A stretch of 34,871 bases of DNA from a virus (Duplodnaviria > Heunggongvirae > Uroviricota > Caudoviricetes): IMG/VR virus record IMGVR_UViG_2541047758_000018, one strand, 5' to 3'. A model generated the notes under the pieces. The model searched no databases. It had not been told where the DNA came from and was given only the letters and a program-made list of their open reading frames with translations. The position numbers were made by a program, and so were the translations under genes. Below are positions 26,298 through 34,400 of the stretch, piece after piece; the stretch's first letter is position 1; each line of letters begins with the position of its first letter.

Positions 26298-27278
26298 ATG
26301 ACTCTTTTGGTAACGGCTGAGTGTGTTGACGATCTGATAAACGATGTTCATCAAGCTATCCTAGCGGATGGACTCAGTAACGATCCTACAAAAGGATCAA
26401 CTCTAGAGATTCTTGGTGCCTATCTTGTCCTTACCGACCCCCGCCGAAGAATAAGTAGAACAGAATCCCGAGGAAAACTAATTAGTTGCTTAGGTGAATT
26501 TCTGTGGTATCTCTCAGCTCAGAACGATCTTGAGTTTATAAAACACTTCATACCACGTTACGCTGAATCCGCTGAGTCAGATGGGAAAATACATGGTGGT
26601 TACGGGCCACGGTTGTTTAATATGCGTGGTTTATATAATCAGCTAAAAAATGTCATCAACCTTTTGCAGGAGAAAAAACCTACCAGACGTGCAGTAATAC
26701 AGCTTTTCGATGCCTCAGACTTGGTGCCCTCAAAAACTGAACAGCGAGAATACGTAGATATTCCTTGTACAATATCTATGCAGTTTATTGTCAGATGTGA
26801 AGAGCTGCATCTATTTGTTTGTATGCGTTCTAACGATGCCTTTATGGGGCTGCCTCATGATGTATTTGCGTTCACGATGCTACAGGAATTAGTTGCCCGC
26901 TTGATAGGATGCGAATTGGGTCACTATCATCACTTTGTATCCAGCCTACATCTCTATAAAAATGATTTAGAAAAAGTGAAGGCTCTTCAGAAAGAGGGGT
27001 TCATGAGCACCCTACCAGTCATGGGATCGATGCCTGAAATGCATTCCTTAGATGATATCTTACCCCTGCTTGAGGCAGAAAAAGCTCTTCGAGAGAATAA
27101 GGAATTTGATATTGACACTACTTCCTTGAATGACTACTGGAAGGATTTATTGCGTATATTAAAAATCCACTTTTTGTTACGTTCACATACACCCAACCAC
27201 AAAGGACTAGCCTTCCAAGAGTTGGCTGCAATGAAAAATCAGGAATATCGGTTTATTTTTGAAGGAAGACTACAATGA
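26298..27278 (+). CDS. Thymidylate-synthase-fold pyrimidine C5-transferase (predicted cytosine-nucleotide methylase/hydroxymethylase)
   Basis: Aligns by eye to ThyA at GEFLWYL (E58), GGYGPR (Y94), TRR (R126/R127), IPCTISMQF (C146, here C157), CMRSND (R166/S167/D169) and SLHLY (H207/Y209). ThyA N177 (GLPFNIAS) is Asp188 here (GLPHDVFA). Confidence 0.8.
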   Translation: MTLLVTAECVDDLINDVHQAILADGLSNDPTKGSTLEILGAYLVLTDPRRRISRTESRGKLISCLGEFLWYLSAQNDLEFIKHFIPRYAESAESDGKIHGGYGPRLFNMRGLYNQLKNVINLLQEKKPTRRAVIQLFDASDLVPSKTEQREYVDIPCTISMQFIVRCEELHLFVCMRSNDAFMGLPHDVFAFTMLQELVARLIGCELGHYHHFVSSLHLYKNDLEKVKALQKEGFMSTLPVMGSMPEMHSLDDILPLLEAEKALRENKEFDIDTTSLNDYWKDLLRILKIHFLLRSHTPNHKGLAFQELAAMKNQEYRFIFEGRLQ

Positions 27279-28219
27279 AAAGACATAATCAAATCAGTCA
27301 GCTGGTTAGTAATTTGCAAAATTTTAGCCGCAATGAACACAACCTAAATGGTCTAAGTTCTCCTGCCTGCTTTGATGTTTTAGCCTGTCAGATTATCGAC
27401 AGTATACGTCGTATACGCTATGTGGAAACTCTTGCATTACGGACCGATTATATGACTCCGTTACGAAAAGAGCCGAATTCTGATGTTTTTGATCCTCTCC
27501 GCGCTGCCTGCCTTTATCTTCGTGACAACAATTACGATGAAGCCTGCTGGCTGGTTTTCCTTGCCACACATTTCGGCAAGAGTAACAAAACCGGCTGGAT
27601 TTTGTGTCGAGATATATACAGTGGACTCGGTACACAAACGTGGACATGGGATACGATAACTGATGACTTTGCTGCTTTTGAACAATGGTTCGCCAGCGTC
27701 TCTGATGAGTTGACAGCTAACAGTAGCCTAAGACAATATGGTAACCATCGGAAATATGAAACGAAGAAATATCACTCTCGTCGTTCAATACCTGCGGTTT
27801 TTCGCTCTTACATCGGATTCATTGGTGCTACACACAGTCATGAGGCTAGGTTTGCAGAGGCCAAGAGCTTTTCATCTTCACCAGAATCTTTATTCGAACT
27901 ATTGTATTCAGGGCTAAATGCCGTGATCTCATTTGGACGAACCGCAAAATTTGATTACCTAACTATGCTCAAGAAAACGGGACTTCTGGATGTAGAGCCG
28001 GGTCATGCTTTTCTGAATGGAGCAACCGGGCCCCTTCAAGGAAGCCGGCTACTTTTCAGCAATAGCCGGACTGCTGGTGACACAATAGACGTATTGAATG
28101 AAAAACTAGCTGACCTTGCGGCAATTATTCCTGCACCCTACTTGAGAATGCAGGTTATTGAAGATGCGTTGTGCAACTGGCAGAAATCACCTGACCGTTA
28201 TGTCTATTTCGGCGGCTGA
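27275..28219 (+). CDS. Hypothetical protein (314 aa), partner of the TS-like enzyme
   Basis: The ATG overlaps the TS-like stop (ATGA). I recognise no motif with certainty. Stretches such as EACWLVFLATHFGKSNKTGW and FGRTAKFDYLTMLKKTGLL remind me loosely of helical DNA-base-modification/glycosylase-like families. This is unverified. Confidence 0.75.
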   Translation: MKRHNQISQLVSNLQNFSRNEHNLNGLSSPACFDVLACQIIDSIRRIRYVETLALRTDYMTPLRKEPNSDVFDPLRAACLYLRDNNYDEACWLVFLATHFGKSNKTGWILCRDIYSGLGTQTWTWDTITDDFAAFEQWFASVSDELTANSSLRQYGNHRKYETKKYHSRRSIPAVFRSYIGFIGATHSHEARFAEAKSFSSSPESLFELLYSGLNAVISFGRTAKFDYLTMLKKTGLLDVEPGHAFLNGATGPLQGSRLLFSNSRTAGDTIDVLNEKLADLAAIIPAPYLRMQVIEDALCNWQKSPDRYVYFGG

Positions 28220-28221
28220 TA

Positions 28222-29304
28222 TCAGACGATATCTTCTTTACGGAATCTCACTTTAAACCGATTAAGGTGAGAAAAAGGTATATTACCTTCATGCTGCAAA
28301 TATCCCAGTACGATCCCTTTGGATACCCCCATTTTCCTAGCTAACCGGATGATCTCTTTCCAATGCCGGACACCATAGCGACTAAGTTGCTGCCGGTATT
28401 CTTCTGGGATAAGAACATCAACGGCAAATTTATCTGCTTCCTTTTCCTCTTCCGACGAAAGACTATCTTTACCTTCTACGCGAACTCGGACAGCTTCATG
28501 CAAGATGAGATGCCCAATCTCATGAAACAGCGTAAACCAAAAATGGTCATCGGTCAGATAACGGAAACTCATGACTAGGGTTGCGCGATCTGGTGTAAAA
28601 AAGCAGGTAGCACCACTTGCCCGACATCCCTTTGGCGTTGGCAACACAACGAGAGAAACTCCAGCAGTGGCGAGAAGGTCGCGAATGTAAGGGATAAAAA
28701 TCCTCATGTCGGGTTCATTTGTAGCTTTGCGCAGTTCTGGCAACAATGCTATCAGCACCTCTTTATCCCATACAGCACAGTTTTGGTTTGAGGTAAGTTG
28801 TGCAGCCCTAGTCAGCCACACCAAATCGGCCATAGGCTCGGTTGCCAGATTAAGAGATTTACGAAAAGCGACCAAAGGAGCATCTGACTGAATTTTATAA
28901 AAAAAATCATTGACGGAATTTATTCCGAAAAACGATAGGCAGTGCTGGAATTTACTTTCCCGAGTTGTAGTTTTGGGGATCCAACCAAACTCCATCATAT
29001 CACGTACAGGCAATGATTCGAGCCAATCATTATTCACTTTCTCGAGGTATCCAATTTGCTGGCGATAAGCGACTTCGCGCTTGATCCAGAAGTCTGTCGA
29101 TACGTTGAATAACTCCTCAAGCTTACAAGCCAGAGACTCATTGAGTCGGATTTTTCCTTCAAGAAGTTGCTGACCCCGGATAAGAGACAATCCAATCCTC
29201 TTACTCAGTTCTTCACCAGAAAGCCCATGTTCATCCATTAGATCTATAATTGTATCACCGGGTGGAGATACCCAGTCAGGCTGGAAGTCCTGCGTAACTA
29301 TCAT
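28222..29304 (-). CDS. HigA-like XRE HTH fused to an ImmA/IrrE-type zinc metallopeptidase
   Basis: The N-terminus PGDTIIDLMDEHGLSGEELSKRIGLSLIRGQQLLEGKIRLNESLACKLEELFNVSTDFWIKRE fits the HigA/VapI HTH pattern. The C-terminus carries HEXXH in TLFHEIGHLILHE, typical of ImmA/IrrE (DUF955). Confidence 0.82.
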   Translation of the reverse strand: MIVTQDFQPDWVSPPGDTIIDLMDEHGLSGEELSKRIGLSLIRGQQLLEGKIRLNESLACKLEELFNVSTDFWIKREVAYRQQIGYLEKVNNDWLESLPVRDMMEFGWIPKTTTRESKFQHCLSFFGINSVNDFFYKIQSDAPLVAFRKSLNLATEPMADLVWLTRAAQLTSNQNCAVWDKEVLIALLPELRKATNEPDMRIFIPYIRDLLATAGVSLVVLPTPKGCRASGATCFFTPDRATLVMSFRYLTDDHFWFTLFHEIGHLILHEAVRVRVEGKDSLSSEEEKEADKFAVDVLIPEEYRQQLSRYGVRHWKEIIRLARKMGVSKGIVLGYLQHEGNIPFSHLNRFKVRFRKEDIV

Positions 29305-29627
29305 TTCACGTCACCTATGAACACTAACCGTATCCGGCTAACTCGGGACCAGTTAATTGTATTATCTTGATTTTTGGGCTGAACTGTATTCCCACAGACA
29401 AATCCCATTTTTACATCACCGAGAATGGTAATTGTAATACACTCTTCCCCATCCTCAAAGCAGACCTCCGGCGAACCTACGGGCAACAGTAATATGTTGT
29501 CTGTCACGGAAAGATCGGAAAGTCGCGAGCGTAGTCTTGATGCCACTTTGTCACCAAAGATCTCATTTGCCTCATGCATACTCTCGCAAATAGTCCTTAA
29601 CTTCTTGCTTTGAAAGGTAATGAACAA
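29301..29627 (-). CDS. Small protein, weak HigB/RelE-like toxin candidate
   Basis: 4-nt overlap with the downstream HTH-peptidase gene. The N-terminus MFITFQSKKLRTICE...VASRLRSRLSDL resembles HigB 'killer' proteins, but the C-terminal catalytic-type residues are not evident. Confidence 0.4.
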   Translation of the reverse strand: MFITFQSKKLRTICESMHEANEIFGDKVASRLRSRLSDLSVTDNILLLPVGSPEVCFEDGEECITITILGDVKMGFVCGNTVQPKNQDNTINWSRVSRIRLVFIGDVK

Positions 29628-29770
29628 AATTATCCACTTTTATTTTTCTTGGTTGCTACGTTTATAGCAAACTCAACGCTCATTCACAAAATGAGATGTA
29701 GCGAATTAATGGACTCTGCACATATTAAATGTTAATGATGGACTTAAAATCACGGATTCGTAAGGGAAAC

Positions 29771-30034
29771 ATGAAAGGTAAACATCAAGACACTAAAGCC
29801 CTGTCTGACGTGCTAGCGGAAATGCAACGGCAGGATGCCAAATGGGGGGCAGACCGTAATCAAGATCCTTTTATCTGGGGAGCGATTCTCGGAGAAGAGG
29901 TGGGAGAATTTCATCAGGCTGTCCTCCATGATCGTTTTGGTGGTAAAGCAGCCGGTACCAGTAGGGAGGAAGCAGTACAAATTGCTGCTGTTGCACTGCA
30001 AATCATCGAATATTATGATCGCGTAATAGATTGA
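29771..30034 (+). CDS. MazG-like all-alpha nucleoside triphosphate pyrophosphohydrolase (87 aa)
   Basis: Internal ATG of track ORF 29729-30034 with an AAGGGA RBS. LGEEVGEFHQAV and EEAVQIAAVALQIIE resemble the two acidic metal-binding helices of small MazG-type enzymes. Confidence 0.6.
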   Translation: MKGKHQDTKALSDVLAEMQRQDAKWGADRNQDPFIWGAILGEEVGEFHQAVLHDRFGGKAAGTSREEAVQIAAVALQIIEYYDRVID

Positions 30035-30308
30035 TAAATTAGAATTAATCAACTAAGAGTCTTTTACACGCGAAGATGAACTCTGGCAGCCATCTACCTT
30101 CGTGGGCCTGTAGAACACATCTAATTGCAATACTCCCAGTTAATCACTAACCAGCCTCTCCAGTAAGGCTGGTCGATTAGGTTTAATTAAACAGATATAA
30201 CAAGCAATTCACTTGGTATTACGCGGTTCACACAGACTTCTTTAGTTGTGTCATATCCTATAACTTTCAGAGGCTTATTTACGGTATTATCACGAACGGT
30301 GCAAAAGT

Positions 30309-31174
30309 GGCTCTTCCGCAACCTAGGTGGAGATTTTCATGCCAGTGGACTCATTACCCTCTGCCTAAGTAGTTCAAATCCGGCTCGACCATACATCAGA
30401 CGTTTCAGCATCTTCAGGCGATTTACATGACCTTCGACAACACCGTTACTCCAGCGGCTGCTGGTTGCCTCACATATAGCCGCGGCATCAGCTTCCATCC
30501 CCGCAGCCACGCGCCGAAGTTCTGCTGAACCGTTTTCGTGGACTCGAGTGAACCAACTGCTTAGATTTGATTTATTTGGGGTTTTCAGAATACGGTAGAA
30601 CTCAAGTACTAGTTGCTGCGCTATTTTCAGCGCCGGTTCTTTTTCACACATCAGACTAATAAATCGGGAAGCATAATTTTCTTCACCCCTGATTATTATC
30701 CAGGGCATCAACCAGCGGCTTACCCGGGACACTGAAGGAAGTCTGGCGGCAGTAGTAACTGGTGGGTTCCAGCCTTTACGCCATTTGGCAACAGCATCCC
30801 TGACGATGGTTTCACTGCCTGTAACCCCCGGCCACCATTTCCCGCCATATCCAGTCGCTGGTGTGCTGAATTGGTCATGTATGAAGGAAGATATCAATGG
30901 TGGTATCTCCCTTTCAAAAGGAAGTGAAAAGCTTGATGCCTGCTGCCAGGCAATCAATATTACGTGCTTTTAACGACTATCCTAAATGGTGGTAGCTATG
31001 CAGAGCTCCCGGTCCTAGCGCTGGGAGCTTATCGCTTATCTTTACCGTAAGCGTAAACGGACCGCCGTATGTAGCCATTAAACCAGTATTGGTAACGTAG
31101 ATACCCACCTTTTCAAAAGGGAAGTGGATAAAAGATAGCGAAAATGCGAAGAGTTGATTAATGCATTGAAACAA
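30309..31174 (-). mobile_element. ISL3-family insertion sequence remnant
   Basis: The terminal sequence GGCTCTTCCGCAACCTAGGTGGAGATTTT starts at 30309, 28 bp beyond the transposase stop. The transposase frame is broken, with fragments at 30337-30957 and possibly 30977-31174. No matching second inverted repeat was found, so the far boundary is uncertain. Confidence 0.5.
30337..30957 (-). pseudogene. ISL3-family transposase, C-terminal fragment
   Basis: SSRWSNGVVEGHVNRLKMLKRLMYGRAGFELLRQRVM is the characteristic ISL3 transposase C-terminus. The N-terminal half is missing or frameshifted. Confidence 0.7.
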
Positions 31175-31457
31175 AATTCATTAATGATGAACTTGGAGAA
31201 AAGCTCCATCGTTTTATTGGCTCAAAAAACATATCCCATAGATGATCAGCCATACCTTCATTGGTTAGCAAGGTATCCTGTGAGTAGCCATGGCTGAAGA
31301 TGCCCATTGATGGGCGAAAACCAAGGATCTGACCGTTAGAGCAGTTATGTCGTTAAACACATCACCACCATATGCCATCCGGCTCACTTCGTCGGCCAAA
31401 TTAGTGTGATATTCTTTCCAGAAATGCTGTTGTATCCACGACATAAGGCGATGATTG

Positions 31458-34400
31458 ATGGAGCAGTCTCTCAATTTTGAAATGTTGCGCAGCCAGTGGC
31501 CGGAACTGGCTGAACTCGCGTGTATGGCGGAACGCTATGTTCACTCCGATCCGGAAAGTTGTCTGGTCAAGCTGCGCAACTACACTGAATTGATGGTGCG
31601 CTGGTTGTATCGTCAGGAGCGGTTGCCGGAAGGTATTAAGGCTAATCTTTACGATTTAATGAATGCTGATGTCTTTACCAGCATGATGCCGGAAGCCATC
31701 ATCATGAAAATGGATGCGCTGCGTATCCATGGCAACCGTGCCGCGCACGGCGGACGTATCAAAGCTAAAGATACTTACTGGCTGCTCAAAGAAGCGTATT
31801 TGTTGGGAATTTGGCTGTATGTTCGCTACGCCCACGGTAATGTTGATGACTGCCCCAAATTTACACTCCCTCCATTAACACAATCTTCAGGTCGTGCAGA
31901 TGAAAAACGTCTGGAAGATGCAATCAGGGCTCAGGATGAAAGCCGTGAGCGCGAACTGGCGCTGCAACGCGCACTACAGCAAGAACAGGAAAAGGCCGAA
32001 CACCTCACTCAACGCCTGAATGAAGCCAGAGCGCGTAACCAGCATGTTGCCGATATTCTCTCTATTGATGAAGCGGAAACCCGCCGTCGCCTGATTGACT
32101 CTCGCCTGCTTGCTGCTGACTGGAATGTAGGCGAAGGCCTTAAAAATACCGATCAGGTTACGCAGGAACATCCCGTTAAAGAACAACCTACCGCGACCGG
32201 AGACGGTTATGCGGACTATGTCTTGTGGGATGAGGCACACAAACCGCTGGCGGTGGTGGAAGCAAAAAAAACCAGCGTCAATGCCGAGCAAGGACGAATT
32301 CAGGCCCGGCTGTATGCAGACTGGCTGGAAAAAGAATACGGCCAGCGTCCGATCATCTTCTACACCAACGGCTATGATATCTGGCTGTGGGATGACCATA
32401 AAACTCATGGTTATCCCCCGCGTCGGGTGTTTGGCTTCTACAGCAAGGAAAGCCTGCAATATCTTATTCAACAGCGTGAAACCCGTCTTCCGCTGAACAG
32501 TGTGCCGCACGTAAAAGATAACGAAGGTAAGGCCGTTGCCGGACGTTTGTACCAGCTTGAAACCATTGCCCGTGTCAGCGAGCGGTTTACCAACAAATAC
32601 CGGCAATCGCTAATTGTTCAGGCTACGGGTACAGGCAAAACCCGCGTGGCAATAGCGCTAAGCAAACTGATGATTGATGCCCGCTGGGTAAAACGCGTCC
32701 TGTTTCTTTGCGACCGCAAGGAACTACGTAAACAGGCGGCGAATGCCTTTAATCAATTCACCAATGAGCCGCTGTATGTGGTCGGGAAATCGAAAAAAGC
32801 AGACAGGCAGAATGCTAGGATCTACATCGCCACCTATCCTGGTATGATGAAAATCATGGACCATTTCGATGTTGGTTATTTCGATTTGATCATCGCCGAT
32901 GAATCCCATCGCTCTATCTACAACGTTTACGGCGATCTGTTTAAGTATTTTGATGCCCTCCAGATTGGCCTGACGGCCACGCCGATTGACATGGTGAGTA
33001 AAACCACTTTCGGCCTGTTTGGTTGTGAAGGACGTATTCCTACCGCCAACTACAGCCTGGAAGATGCCATCGCCGATAACAATCTGGTTCCCTATGAGGT
33101 TGTCACGCACACCACAGAATTCCTGCGCGAAGGCATCAAACGGGAGAAATTAAGCGACGCACAAATCCGCGAGCTGGAAGAACAAGGCATAGATCCCAAT
33201 ACGCTGGAGTTTGATGGCAAGGCGCTGGATGAGGCGATCTACAACAAAGACACCAACCGCTATATCCTGCGTAACCTGATGGAAAATGGCCTGAAAGATC
33301 GGGACGGCCAGTTGCCAGGTAAAACCATCATTTTCGCCCGTAACCACAAACACGCGCTGCTGTTGAATGAATTATTCGACGATATGTACCCGCAGTTTGC
33401 CGGGCGCTTCTGCCAGGTCATCGACAATTACGATCCCCGCGCCGAGCAACTGATTGATGATTTTAAAGGGCTGGATGAAAGCACCAACAAAGAGCTGACC
33501 ATCGCTATCTCCGTTGACATGCTCGATACCGGTATTGATGTCCCGGAAATTGTGAATCTGGTCTTTGCCAAACCGGTCAAATCAAAAGTGAAGTTCTGGC
33601 AGATGATTGGCCGTGGTACGCGCCTCTGTCCGGGGTTGTACGGTTACGACGATAACGGCAAACCTCTGGATAAACAGAAATTCCGCATTTTCGATCACTG
33701 GGGCAATTTTGAGTATCACGAACTGCATACCGAAGAGGCCGAAGTCACAGCGACAAAATCGCTTGCACAAAAACGCTTCGAAGCGTGGGTTATGCTGGGG
33801 GCCGCTGCGCAACGTAAATTCGACAAACAGGCGGTGGATTTAGTTGCTCACCAGCTACGCGAGCAAATCAATGCACTGGATGAAAAGTCGATTGCCGTCC
33901 AGGAAAAGTGGCATCAAAAAGCGCAGTACAGCGATGAAAAAGTGCTGCGCCAGCTTTCCCCGAAAACACAGCAGGATTTGCTATCTGTCCTGGCCCCGCT
34001 GATGCAGTGGCTGGACGTGCGCGGGCAAAGCGACGCTATGCGCTTTGATATGGATATTCTGGCGGCGCAAACTGCCCGTTATACCAACCCGGAAGAGCTG
34101 GATGTGCTCTGGCCGGTCATCGTCGAAAAAGTGGAGCGCCTGCCGCCGCATTTGGCGCAAGTCCAACAGCAAGGACCGCGGATCAATCAGCTTCGTGATT
34201 TAGGCTGGTGGAAGCAGGCCAGCCTGGAAGAGCTGGAAGATATCCGCATTCATCTGCGCGGCATCATGCACCTGATGGAAAAAGACGCGACGCCGAAATT
34301 TGGTTCGATACAGGTGGATATTACCGAAGATGCGAACCTGATTCAGACGGAAAACCGTAAAACCAACATCCGCTCGATTGACTTCAAACTCTATCGCCAG

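Noticed and set aside
30150-30175. Hairpin ACCAGCC-n10-GGCTGGT downstream of the MazG-like gene, considered as a terminator
   Set aside because: It is 115 bp from the stop and is not followed by a T-run. It is too weak to call.
31265-31474. Minus-strand 69-aa ORF overlapping the hsdR start
   Set aside because: It has no RBS or recognisable motif and overlaps the hsdR initiation region. It is probably a fragment left by the ISL3-associated rearrangement.
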